64,000 bases of DNA from Chiloscyllium plagiosum (GCF_004010195.1 NC_057751.1:6188598-6252597); one strand, 5' to 3'; counted from the stretch's first letter, positions 25,307-38,660 are shown. Notes: generated by a model from the letters alone, not told the origin. Numbers and translations: made by a program.

Positions 25307-27337
25307 TTGGTGTGATGTAGTTCAGGAGAAAGTTTCTACATTTTTTCAGGGAATAATTTCCAGAACATTAATGTCAGTTCACTCTTGTCGTTTAGATATG
25401 AAGGGAAGCTTCAGGTAGCTGGGATAGACAAACTTGCAATGATTTACATTCTGCCAGAGGAAGAGAGGAGGAAAATGTACATGAGTTGTACCACTGAAAA
25501 TCTCTCACTGTTCCCAGTGATTTTCTGAATTCTGACAACAAAATATGTAAGTGGGTTGAGATGAAGAAAAAAGCAATGTGCTATTGAGATTTGTTCTGTC
25601 AGTTTCCATTGTTGGGACAGCTGGCAATTCAGTCATTGTACACAACAGATAATTTTGTATTGTCGTCCCATTCTCTAGTAAATTACATCTAAAACATTTT
25701 CACTTCAAAAATGTAAGCATTCTAATTTTTTTCACGTCATTATCTACATTTTCTCCTGTTGTCCCTTTCTGTTCTCAAGGTTTATTTGCATTTACTGACA
25801 TCTATCTTTTTCTTCCAATTAACCTACGTTCTCTTTCTGATACTTATTTCCTGCAAAATAAGTTGAAGCCCTCCATGTAAACATCTCCAGGCTTCCACTG
25901 TCCACATTGGGACCCAAAGAAATCTTGCTCAAATTGGATATCCGCTTGCTGAAAATCAGCTGTCAAGGCCAGTTTCCTCGAACATGCCAATCCCTGGACC
26001 CAGAAGACTGATTTGCAACTCAGTCAAACTTTGATTCATTTCCTTACAAGGAGAAAAGAAAAGACAGCTAAACAGCTAGCATACTCCTGGTGGAGTCCCA
26101 ACACACAGCGGCCTCTTGGCGAGTAAAATCTCTGAAAACCAAATCAAGCTGGCTGAAAAGAAAGAAATTCTATTCATTTTGCACCTCACACACTTCCCAT
26201 GAAGTATTAGTGCTTCTTAGCTCATGACTACCTTTTGAAGTGTAGTCACTCTTATTATATTTTAAATATTTACAGCACAGAAACAGCTTACGGCTCAGCT
26301 GATGTTTATGTCCACATAAGCCATTTTCACCCATCTTCACTGAACTCTATTAAAGTAGCATCACATTCCTTTCTCCCCCAAGCACCTATCTAGTTGCCAT
26401 TGAAAGCAGCTGGGCATTTTGCCTCATTTTTCCTCTGAGAGTGACTTCCATAATGCAACATTCCCTGTGTAAACTGGTTCTTCCTAATTCCGCATTGGAT
26501 TTAATCGTGACCATCTTTCATTTGTGACCTTTCCATTCTGATCTTGTCCACAAATGGACTGTGTTGCACACAAATCACCTGTTTCACTTGACAACATTGG
26601 CCTGCACACAACAGAAAATTAACCAATGTCACAAAAGGAGATGAGAAGCCACAGTGCATTTGGGCAATAGCTGGATAGATGTGGTATAACTCAAACTAAA
26701 ATCAACTTTCTTTGATCTTTTATAATTTATTTCTTCAATGTGAACAGTTTTGTTAAAGCGTTAGTATGATGGCCTGGCATGGATTGATAGGAGGGAGAAA
26801 TGACAGTTGCTGTGATTACTTCTCTACATTGCTTATTGGCTGATTCCTTTTCTTGTATGTCAGATGCAGAAGAATCATAATTAAATGTATAAGCACAGGA
26901 AGAACAAAGAATTTTCAGTGTTACCTGATGCTCAGTGCAAGCTTGGCATCTGCTTATCAGAATACTTGGCAACAAATAAAATGAGAGTCAACACAGTCAC
27001 CTTCAACTAGATTTGCTTTTCAAAGAGTTGGAAGTGACGTTTAAAATCTGCTCAGTCTGGATTTTTGGTTGTGGTCCTTGCAAATTAATTAAGGCAGACA
27101 AAAAGGAGATTAGCACAAAACATATACTATCTCCTGGGCAAAGAACTGTGTAATTTTTACAATGTGCAAGAATGTTCGCAAATGTCCTTGCTAATTAAAT
27201 ATATAATAAACAAACTGATAACAATCCTACTTGCAATGCTTGCAGAAAAAGCTTATACAAGACAAATGAGATTCAAACTGGAGCTAATATTGGAGACGCC
27301 ATCTTATTAACAGAAACAATATTGGAATTCCTAAAGA

Positions 27338-28026
27338 CAGAACAAAGGATCATAGAACAATACAGCACAGAACAGGCCCTTCGGCCCACGATGTTGTGCC
27401 GAACATTTGTCCTAGCTTAAGCACCCATCCATGTACCTATCCAATTGCCGCTTAAAGGTCGCCAATGATTCTGACTCTGCCACTCCTACAGGCAGCACAT
27501 TCCATGACCCCACCACTCTCTGGGTAAAGAACCTACCCCTGACATCTCCCCTATACCTTTACCCTTCACCTTAAATTTATGTCCCCTTGTAACACTCTGT
27601 TGTACCCGGGGAAAAAGTTTCTGTCTACTCTATCTATTCCTCTGATCATCTTATAAACCTCTATCAAGTGACAACTCATCCTTCACCGTTCCAATGAGAA
27701 AAGGCCTAGCACGCTCAACCTATCCTCGTACAATCTATTCTTCATTCCAGGCAACATCCTGGTAAATCTTCTCTGCACCCTCTCCAAAGCTTCCACATCT
27801 TTCCTAAAGTGAGGTGTCCAGAACTGCACACAGTACTCCAAATGTGACCTAACCAAAGTCCTGTACAGCTGCAACATCACTCCACGACTCTTGAATTCAA
27901 TCCCTCTGCTAATGAAAGCTAATACACCATAGACCTTCTTACAAGCTCTATCCACCTGAGTGGCAACTTTCAAAGATCTATGAACATAGACCCCGAGATC
28001 CCTCTGCTTATCTACTTTACTAAGAT
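27338..28026 (-). mobile_element. CR1 LINE 3' fragment (distinct subfamily)
   Basis: QRDLGVYVHRSLK...LEYCVQFWTPHFRKDVEALERVQRRFTRMLPG. Confidence 0.93.
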
Positions 28027-28287
28027 CAGTGCAAGGAAGCGTTTTCATACCTACCCCTTGGGTCCAATATTTTCAGGGCTATCAAGAGAGCTGTTGGCCA
28101 TTGTGTTGGGAATGTTATGGAAAGGTAACAGGAAATATATTCTCCAGAGTTTGTCCATATTTTCAATGGTTTCTTTTTCCCCTGAAGCTGAGGGCTGTCA
28201 AGATTATGAGTAAGAGCATGCATTGTATTAGCAAAAAGCAAATAGCATGAGATTTGAGCTGCTTTACTGTCAAAATTCAGTATAATA

Positions 28288-28630
28288 GGGTGGCACAGTG
28301 ACTCAGTGGTTAGTACTGCTGCCTTATAGTGCCAGGGACCCGAGTTCGATTCCAGCTTTGGGCAACTGTCTGTGTGGAGTTTGCACATTCTCCCTGTGTC
28401 TGCGTGGATTTCCTCTGGGTGCTCTGGCTTTCTCTCACAATCCAAATATATGCAGGCTAGGTGAATTGGCAGTGCTAAATTGTCCCTTGTATTCAGGGCT
28501 GTGTAGGTTAGGTGCATTAGTCAGGGTAAATGTAGAGTAATAAGGTAGGGGAATGGATCTACTTTTCGGAGGGTCGGCGTGGACTTGTTGGGCCAAAAGG
28601 CCTGTTTCCACATTGTTGGTATTCTATGAT
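28288..28630 (+). mobile_element. HE1-like SINE, near full length
   Basis: A box GTGACTCAGTGG, B box AGTTCGATTCC, CR1-type tail. Confidence 0.9.
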
Positions 28631-29329
28631 AAATCAAAGGACACTATTCTGTCCTTGTACAGGGTTGAAGTGCAACTGGAGCGCTCCATGAATCACAGTC
28701 ACGATTGCATTGTAGTAATTGCCTCAATATGTTCAGAGGAGATTCACAAGAATCTTTCCCAGTAACCATCAGATAATCAGATTGGTCTGAGGGACCCTAT
28801 CATTATGCAGACTAAAATAGCTTGTAAAACCACTCTGCCATTGCTACATCCCAACTGAATTTCTGTGTTTATACATTCTGCTCATTCACAGTTGCTCCCA
28901 GGCAGCCGATAAAACTCCCACTATAGTCTGAAATCCACTTCCATTTCTAGTCATAACATATCCACTGGCTGCTGACCTTTATTGCATCCTTACTTCTTAT
29001 TCATTGTTCACCCTTCATTTTGTTGGTATCTTCTGTACTCTTTAATTTTCCCCATGTTCTTGGTAAACCTTATCATCTGCTATTTACTCTTGTAGGTATT
29101 TAACATCTTGAAACCCACCTCAAGAATGGAATTGGATTGTGTTTTCTAAGTTGAATTTGGAACACAGTTCATTCGATTGGTTCCTGTCCTGCACGTATTC
29201 TACAAGAACACTCAATTTTACCTGATTGCGCCAAATTTTTTAGTGCCCTTTTCATGTTGCTGTCTCTCTCCTGATTATATGGCTTCAAATCTAAAACGGC
29301 ACAGTACAGATGGTGATGCATTGTGTGAG

Positions 29330-29769
29330 GTTCCATATTTTGGGTGAAAGGTTATGTTGCTTTGAAATAGAAGGAATCGTAGGTAGAAATCCTTGTGCAG
29401 AAACGTAACCACAGAAGTTGAGGCCCATAATCCAGTGCTGTATTTAGAGAATGCTGCACTGTCAGAGGAGCTGCCTTTCAGATAACTTGTCAAGCCGAGA
29501 TCCCATCAACTCTCTCAGATGGATGCAAAAGGTCCAGAGCATTATTCAAAGAAAACCAGCCGTCCTCTTACCCAGTGACTTTGCTGATTGTTATAATCTC
29601 AATCAAGAGCTCTAAAATAGATTATCTGTGGTAAACATCAGAGGCTGCTGTGCAGTGTATATAAAATCACTGCCACAAATTCTATATGACAACAGTGACA
29701 CCTCACGCAAAAACAAACTATTTTTGTAAAGCACTTTGGGGCATCCCAAAGTTATGCAAAGTGTAAGCC
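29330..29769 (+). mobile_element. Deu-domain SINE (SacSINE1/AmnSINE1-like)
   Basis: TGCTGCACTGTCAGAGG...CTCTCAGATGGATGCAAAAG...AGATTATCTG and L2-type tail GTAAAGCACTTTGGG; recalled from consensus. Confidence 0.7.
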
Positions 29770-29782
29770 TTTCTTTTAGGCA

Positions 29783-30126
29783 AAGTTAAAAATCACACAA
29801 CACCAGGTTATAGTCCAACAGGTTTAATTGGAAGTGCTAGCTTTTGGAGCGCTCCTCCTTCATCAGGTGGTTGTTCCACCTAATGAAGGAGCAGCGCTCA
29901 GAAAGGCCTAACCAAAATCCTGTACAGCTGCAACATCACTTCACGACTCTTGAATTCAATCCCTCTGCTTTTGGAGCGCTCCTCCTTCATCAGGTGGTTG
30001 TTCCACCTAATGAAGGAGCAGCGCTCAGAAAGCTAGTGCTTCCATTTAAACCTGTTGGACTCTAACCTTGTGATGTGTGATTTTTAACTTTGTATACCCC
30101 AGTCCAACACTGGCATCTCCATGTCA
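29783..30126. mobile_element. Palindromic PLE-type element (second family) with internal duplication and CR1 insert
   Basis: Same arms as 15810-15980; 13-bp TSD TTTCTTTTA(G/A)GCA at 29770-29782 and 30127-30139. Confidence 0.85.
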
Positions 30127-30997
30127 TTTCTTTTAAGCATAATGTCTTCAGTATGTTCAACGGATTTCTATTTCACTGGAAGTTTACTTGGCTTCAACTG
30201 GTGAAATACTTCACTAATTTCCTGCTTGATGCCCTTTTACAGCAGCTGCATGACTTCAACAATTGAATTATTGGGTTTAATCTACTGTTTAAATGGCGCA
30301 ATGAGCCACTAAACTCACAAATACTCCAGTAAACCTAATGAACTCACCTCATTGTTACTCTCTCTGTGATCGCTACACATTTCTCTTTCATTTTAGTTCT
30401 CATGAATAGTTTATCTGCAAATCCCCCATGAAACCTTTACAAACATTTGGTACTTAGGGACTTGCAGTAAATCTCATTGACCAGTTTGTGCATCTCCCCA
30501 AAGTATTGTTCAGTTCACAGTTCTATTTATTATTGCATTGATTGGAACCTGATTTGCTCAAATTGACTGCTTTCTTTGTTAATACATTTCTTTTAGCAAT
30601 TTGCAATGGATTTTTTGGTTGTGGAGAAATTCCAAATATTCATTCCATTAATTGTTGTAGTAACTTGATAAGTGATGCAAAGCATACTGGGGAGAAATAT
30701 ATTTTTCTCAGAATATAATTGGTCAGAGTTAGTTTTTAATTCAAAAGCATGAAAAAGAAAAAATAATTGGGACGCTTGTTGCTTTGAATGGGTTCTCACA
30801 CAAAACTATTCATGAAAGCTTACTGCTTCACTTAAGGTGTTTTGCACATTGGCTGGAGGAAATGAAATAATTTGTAACTAAATCTTTTGGCCATCCCTCC
30901 TCATTGTACCTTCTTTGAGTCAGCACTCATATATTCCCTGTCACCCCAACAAGGTATGAAGATAAATCTTTACTTCTGTAAAAAGTTTCAATCGCTT

Positions 30998-31915
30998 AGA
31001 GTCATAGAATCATAGAGATGTACAGCACAGAAACAGACCCTTCAGTCCAACCTGTCCATGCCGACCAGATATCCCAACCCAATCTAGTCCCACCTGACAG
31101 CACCCGGCCCATATCCCTCCAAACCCTTCCTATTCATATACCCTCCAAATGCCTCTTAAATGTTGCAATTGTACCAGCCTCCACCACATCCTCTAGCAGC
31201 TCATTCCATACCCGTACCACCCTCTGCGTGGAAAAGTTGCCCCTTAGGTCTCTTTTATATCTTTCTCCTCTCACCCTAAACCTATGCACTCTAGTTCTGG
31301 ACTTCCCAATCCCAGGGAAAAGACTTTTTCTATTTATCCTATCCATGCCCCTCATAATTTTGTAAACCTCTATATGGTCACCCTCAGCCTTCTAGGGAAA
31401 CAGCCCCAGCCTGTTCAGCCTCTTGCTATAGCTTAAATCCTTCAACCCTGCCAACATCCATGTAAATCTTTTCTGAATCCTTTCAAGTTTCACAACATCT
31501 TTCCGATAGAAAGGTGACCAGAATTGCATGCAATATTCCAACAGTGGCCTAACCAATGTCTTGTACAGGTGCAACATGACCTCCCATCTCCTGTACTCAA
31601 TACTCTGATCGATAAAGGAAAGCATACTAAATGCCTTCTTCACTATCCTACCTACCTGCGACTCCACTTTCAAGGAGCTATGAACCTGCACTGCAAGGTC
31701 TCTTTGCTCAGCAACACTCCCTAGGACCTTACCATTAAGTGTATAAGTCTTGCTAAGATTCACTTTTCCAAAATGCAGCACTTCGCATTTATCTGAATTA
31801 AACTCCATCTGCTACTTCTCAGCCCATTGGCCTATCTGATCAAGATCCTGTTGTAATCTGAGGTAACCTTCTTCGCTGTCCACTACATCTCCAATTTTGG
31901 TATCATCTGCAAACA
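30998..31915 (-). mobile_element. CR1 LINE 3' fragment
   Basis: FADDTKIG at the right end; MEFNSDKCEVLHFG...LEYCMQFWSP; tail at 30998-31017. Confidence 0.95.
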
Positions 31916-32221
31916 CTTATTTAATTTTGTTTAAAAGGTGGACCCTTGCTAGACACACTTAGAACCTCTTACTGTGCCTGAGTGGAATGGCTTGTGCTGC
32001 ATTCATTGGAATGAGATTCCAATGTCAGAGGTCCTTCCTTGTTGGAGTCCTCCAAATATCACTGTCGGAGAACTATGCTACATAATCATTTGGTGCGTCA
32101 TGCAAATGCTGTCGGCTCACAATACTAAAATATTCATGTAACCCGGTTCTTGTCGGTGCTTTTACAATGACTGTTGATCAGACAGGTGATGTTGTAAAAT
32201 AGCAACACATTTATGAACACA

Positions 32222-34243
32222 GGATGTAGGTTTGCTCGCTGAGCTGGAAGGTTCATTTCCAGATGTTTCGTTACCCTACTAGATAATATTTTCAGTAGGC
32301 CTCAGGTGAAGCAATGCTGAAAATTCCTGCTTTCTATTTATATGTTTAGGTTTCTTTGGGTTGGTGATGTTATTTTCTGTGGTGAAGTCACTTCCTGTTC
32401 CTTTTCTCAGAGGATGGTAGTTGGGGTCTAACTCGATGTGTTTGTTGATAGAGTTCCGGTTGGAATGCCATGCTTCTAGGAATTCTCATGCACGTCTTTT
32501 TTTGGCATGTCCTCGGATGGATGTGTTGTCCCAGTCAAAGTGGCGTCCTTCCTCATCCGTCTGTGAGGATACGTGTGAGAGAGGGTCATGTCTTTTTGTG
32601 GCGAGTTGGTATTCATGTATCCTGGTGGCTAGTTTTCTGCCTGTTTGTGCAATGTAGTGTTTGTTACAGTCCTTGCACAGTATTTTGTAAATGACATTAG
32701 TTTTGCTCAATGTCTGTATAGGGTCTTTTAAGTTCATTAGCTGCTGTTTTCATGTGTAGGGTTTATGGGCTACCATGATGCAAAGGGGTCTGAGTAGTCT
32801 GGCAGTCATTTTTGAGATGTTTTTGATGTAGGGGAGAGTGGCTAGGATTTCTGGACATGTTTTGTCTGCTTGTTTGGGTTTGTTGCTGAGAAATCGGCGG
32901 ACTGTGTTCATTCGGTACCCATTCTTTTTGAATATATGGTATAGGCGATTTTTCTCTGCTCTGCGTAGTTCCTCTGTGCTGCAGTGTGTGTGTTGGCTCA
33001 TTGAAATAATGTTCTGATGCAGCTTCGATCGTGGGTGTTTCATTGGTTCCGTTGGATCTCCGGTATCACGGTTCTCAGCGGAGCCAGTAATGCAGAGACT
33101 TGAACAAACAGCTCTGCCAACCATCCAACCCAAACTTTGGGTCCACTACGTGGATGACACCTTTGTCATCACTGAACAAATTAGAGGAAACATTCAAGAC
33201 CATCAATAATACCCTTACTGGCATAAAATTCACTAAAGAGGAGGAAAACAAAAACAAATTGCCATTCCTAGATGTTGCAGTAGAGCGAACAGACAATGGG
33301 GAACTTCAGACCAGCGTCCAGAGGAAAACAACCCATACAGACCAAATATTGAGCTACAGAAGCAATCATCCCAACGCCCACGAACGAAGCTGCATCAGAA
33401 CATTATTTCAATGAGCCAACACACTGCAGCACAGAGGAACTATGCAGAGTAGATGATAATCGCCTATACCGTGTATTCAAAAAGAATGGGTACCCAATTA
33501 ACACAGTCCGCCGATTTCTCAGCAACAAATCCAAGCAAGCAGACAAAACGCATCCAGAAACCCTAGCCACTCTCCCATACATCAAAGACATCTCGGAAAT
33601 GACTGCCAGACTACTCAGACCCCTTTGTATCATGGTCATCCACAAACCCACCAACACATTAAAACAGCAGCTAAAGAACTTGAAAGACCCTATACAGACA
33701 TTGAGCAAAACTAATGTCATTTACAAAATATCGTGCAAGGACTGTAACAAACACTACATTGGACAAACAGGCAGAAAACTAGCCACCAGGATACATGAAT
33801 ACCAACTCGCCACAAAAAGACATGACCCTCTCTCACACATATCCTCACAGACGGATAAGGAAGGACAACACTTTGACTGGGACAACACATCCATCCTCGG
33901 CCAAACAAAGACATGCATGAGAATTCCTAGAAGCATGGCATTCCAACCGGAACTCTATCAACAAACACATCGAGTTAGACCCCATCTAACACCCCCTGAG
34001 AAAAGGAACAGGAAGTGACTTCACCACAGGAAATAACATCACCACAGGTAATGACTTCACCAACCCAAAGAAACCTAAACATATAAATAGAAAGCAGGAA
34101 TTTTCAGCAGTGCTTTGCCTGAGGCCCACTGAAGATGTTACCTAATAGGGTAACAAAACATCTGGAAATGAACCTTCCAGTTCAGCGAGCAAACCTACAT
34201 CCAAAACCTCAACCTGAGCTACAAATCTTCTCAAAACTCGCTA
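32222..34243 (+). mobile_element. Penelope-like element (RT C-half plus GIY-YIG) with a long inverted 5' copy
   Basis: GSP...W.HYVDDTF, LPFLDV, NVIYKISC.DC...YIGQTGR; arms 32222-33039 and 33373-34202 are inverted; TSD ATTTA(T)GAACACA at 32209-32221 and 34244-34255. Confidence 0.93.
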
Positions 34244-37200
34244 ATTTAGAACACAAATATGTTTCTGTAGTTAGGTACAGGCTGCACCACTTAGGTGCCC
34301 CCCAAAGCAACATTTTACATTCCCCTCCGATTAGTTGTTGTGTGAAGGGCAGCTCATTTCTCTGGGACATGGCTGAGCTTTAGAAATAGAACCGGCATCA
34401 AGAATCCCAGGAAGTCCCAACAATAGCCTTACGTCTGTGATTTCTAAAACCACAACAGGGTACCATTGATGCATGGAGAGTAGCTTGAGGGGAACCGAAT
34501 CTCTAGTGTACAACCATCATATTACTACGCTTTCAATTACCTGCCCCCGTGCTCCAACGTCTGTGAGATTAACCAACTGCAAGAACTGTCACTCGACATA
34601 GACTTATTGGACTCTGATTTGTGTAAATTATTATCCATATCTCTTTTTTTAAAATGAAATATTTGTGATTGTTCTTCTTGTTTTATTTATTTCATCTTCT
34701 TTCTTGCAGATATTTTCAATCAGCCTGTTCAGACATGTTTTGACACAACTCTGGAGCAGGTAGGACTTGAGACCAACCCTTTTTCTCTTTCTTCTTAGTA
34801 CACTTGTGTGTGTCTGTTTGTTGAGAAAATTATTGTCTGAGCTTGAGTGCTCGAATAAAGCTCCTTTTGTTTTAACCCTCATGAGATTTTGTTGTGGACC
34901 ATTTAAAAATTGCATTTAGTTTGGTATGAACAAACACTAGAGCCTATTTCAAATGGGCAAAAAAAAAACTCTTCTTACAGATGGAAGAGAAAAATTAAAA
35001 AATACACCTCTCCCTTTTATCACTGACATGCCTCACTAACATTGAGGGATATACTTCTTAAAAAGTCATTAGCAGGACAAATTGTCCTTCTTGAATCGTA
35101 GGAACCAGGGCAAACATGGACAAGTAGGCACATCTCAAACACTGAAACCAAACATTTTATTGCCTCAGTCAGAAGCGATAACCCTGAGGCAATTGCCAGT
35201 TTCTGTTCACTTTTTATTTAATTTCCCATATTTACCATTATATCTCATTATTGTGGTTCTGTCTTGCAGCTAATCCTGATGTTTTGATCAAGCTAGATCA
35301 TGGTAAAGTTTGTACTTTGGGTGGACATTAGCACAATTGTAGAAGGTGCAGTTGCGTTTAATGTTTCTTCTCAAACTCACTTGTATATTTGTGAACATAA
35401 AATCTTGCATAAAGCACTATAGTTCGAATCTGGTCATGGTTTTTTTTAATCTTTGCATTTGGAAAAATAATTATGTTCTCGAATGAGTGGTAACCTGATG
35501 CAGTTATATTCGTACAACTGAAATGAGTGTCTGATCTGAAAATAAAATATTGTAAGTAATGTTTCCAGTCCAGTGACCTCTTTTCAGAAGATTTTAGTCT
35601 GATTTGTTTAGGCTATCAACAGATTGTGAAGAAATGGTCACTCTGCTCATAAGAACATTTAATTTGTTGTAGGGCTGTATTCTTTTGGAGGGTGCTTCAA
35701 AGCTACCACTTTAAAAAAAAATCATTCTTACTCTCCACAAATATTGAAAGTCTTCTCCCACTTCAGATGCTTCTACTCGAGGTTCAATGAATTCTATAGA
35801 GACTGTGCTCTTCGTTGGGCTAAAAACTAGCTGTCAATATATTGAACCCTGCTGTGTTATTTCAGCATTCCCTTCCCTTACACTTGCCTCAACTTAAAGC
35901 CAGTGACACTGTTGCTGAATTTAATCAGCTTTGTTAGTTGAACCAGATGAGTATGCTGTCAAAATGCAAATCACTGGACATACATGGTTTGTGGTAATAA
36001 GAATGTTCTCATAGATTATGTGTTTGTTTGGACATGTGTTCTCCTTCAGAGAAATTGACTGATGAATGTCTGCTCAGTGCAGCATTATCCAATTCTCAGC
36101 TGTTATATCTATTACGTTTTTCAGTTATTTAATTCTCTCTGCACTTAACAGTGGCTGAAATGATGTCTCAGGATCGACAAGTCAAATGCACTATGTCCTT
36201 TGAATTGTAGCAAGTTTCTGAGACAATGCAGAACCTTTGTTTATAATGTCTTGTTTACAATGATGGATAGTTAGTCTTGACTTCAACACACCCCAGTCCT
36301 CTTTCAATACATTTCAATTCAGTTCTTAAAGTAAGGATGATGAGGCTCTTACATTATTTTTCTGGTTTTCTTAAACCAAGTGCTGGTTGGATTTCTATGA
36401 TCTGAGGCAACCTGCTGCTGAATTTTCATTTCTGCTGATGCTACAACTCATATTATCAGTGGGATCTAATATCCTTTTATTAATGCTGTAAAATTCACAT
36501 AAACTGCCTTTGTGCACGAGATTAGCATAACCATTAGCCTCTACAAGCAAATGGGTTAATCACAAGGTTTAAAATAAAAGGGTAAATGGCTGTTAAAATA
36601 AATGAGTCAACAGCTGATTAAAATGAATGGGTTAAAACAGTGCACAAAGGAATTGTTTCATGAACATATTATCTGGCGTGCTGGAGAAAATTAAACCTTG
36701 AAATGTCATTTAAACCACATTAAAATTGATTAATACGTGGTATTAAACAGTTCAGTTATCCATCAGCAGATGCTGTATGTTTATGCAAACACAGTATTCA
36801 GGGTGTTCCAAGGCAATAATGCACGAAAACATTTTCTCCAAGCTCTTTCCCCCTCTTCCACAGCCCCTGTGCATTTGCATTACTGCTTGGAGCATGCAAC
36901 AGATTGTGGTGACTTTATATGGTACACAGGTATTTAGTGATTTATTACTGTCTTATATTTTCCTGCTGGAGGGTACCCAGTAGACAGTGATAAATGTCAG
37001 CCTCCTGCCATTGAATAGTGATTTGAGAGTTAATGATAAGGGAGATTTTTTTTCCCTACTCTGATGGGAAAGAGTTTTTATCCTTTATAATGAAAGGGGG
37101 TACTTGGCTCACTAAATGACTTCATGTAACAAACTCTCTGCTCCTTAGACACAACCAAACAGCCAGACAGAAGAATAACACATTGTCCCTGAATTATTCA

Positions 37201-38349
37201 TGTCACATTCGCTTCATAGAATATGCAACAGCATGGCATTTAAGAGAAATAAGACTTTTATTCTTCAATTGTGGGATGTGGGCATTGCTGGCAAGGCCAA
37301 CATTTATTGCCCATCCTTAATTGTTCAGAGTCAAATATGTTGCTGAGTGCCTGGAGTCACAGATAGAGTGGACCAGGTAAGAATGATAGATTACCATCCT
37401 TAGAGATGATTAGTGAATTAAATTGACTTTTACATTGAGCAAGTTATTTGGTCACCATTAGGCTAGCTTTTTATTTTTGACTTCTGGTGAATTCTGATTT
37501 CACAGTTTGCCAATCTGGGTAGGATCCATCCCATGTCCCCAGAGTGTGAGCCAGGGCTTCTCGATTACAACAGCAATGACATTACCACTGTAAAGCCACT
37601 TCCCCTTATTTATTTAACAGAAATCAAATACAGGCACATCTGAGATAAGGCATCTTTCCATCTTAGATCAAATACAGCACAGACCAAAATCCTTAGGCCT
37701 AACAGTTGTAAATTCTCCCTACTCCTCTGGCAGCCTGTACTCGTCTATGACGAGCCACATGTTATGCTGGGCGATTCTATTGACTGAAAGTACATCTGCT
37801 TTGGTGAAGTAACGAGTAATCGATTTTCACCAACAGACAGCCATCATCATTTCCAATTAACAGCGCTGTCTGAACCAGTGAACAAAGACTGAATTAAGTT
37901 GAATGCTGATGTTTACAAGGAAGATTGTGCCAGTCCACAAGAGCTGCTCTACAATGCTGCCTGTAAATTAAACAAATTTTTGCCAGATAGTGAGGAATAG
38001 ATCCCGTTTTCCTGTTCACTGTAATTTGTTTAGAATGGTAAGTCCCTTGGGAACTGTAAGAAATGTAAGAAGACTTGCTATTTCATTTCATCCCTTGATC
38101 TCATGAGGTAAAAAGACAGTTTTGATTTAAGCAAGGTCTAAAATGAAAGGACAATTTTTGGAATAAATTGCTTAAGATGACCAGAGAATTTGACAGATTT
38201 TTATGCCTTGAATGATCAAGTTATATTATAATTCAGAATATAGATGATCAAGGGTTTATTAACACCACTGCAACCTCAAGATTGAGACATGTAACTGTGG
38301 TGGACTGTAGTATACATTGTTCATGAAAAAACACAAACTGATGTTCAGA

Positions 38350-38660
38350 TAGATCTCGTGAAACAGCTCAAAGCATTACTAGAGTGAATTACATTACAGT
38401 GCTGTCATTTTGCGATCACTTCCTAGATGTACAACCAAATTTGTTTTTGATGGTGATGGTTGAAGGATTCTGGGAACAACGAAAAAAATCTTCTTGCTGT
38501 TTCTCAATTACCACCACAGAACCTTTAAAATCTACCTGAGTAAGCAGACAACAGGTTCTCTTAAAGATGGCATCTTTAGTAATGCTTCACCAGTTGGATA
38601 TTGCCTTGGTATCTCAGTAGATTCTGGGCTCTTGATATAGTATTGACTAGCCTTCCTTCA
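38350..38660 (-). mobile_element. Old Deu-domain SINE fragment
   Basis: Degenerate reverse-complement similarity to 29330-29769. Confidence 0.45.

Noticed and set aside
25860..26070. Minus-strand acceptor and short ORF (EMNQSLTELQ...)
   Set aside because: Stops in all frames before any good donor; no recognisable homology
28288..28360. tRNA-like A and B boxes (also at the other HE1 copies)
   Set aside because: SINE heads continuing into SINE body; not complete tRNA genes
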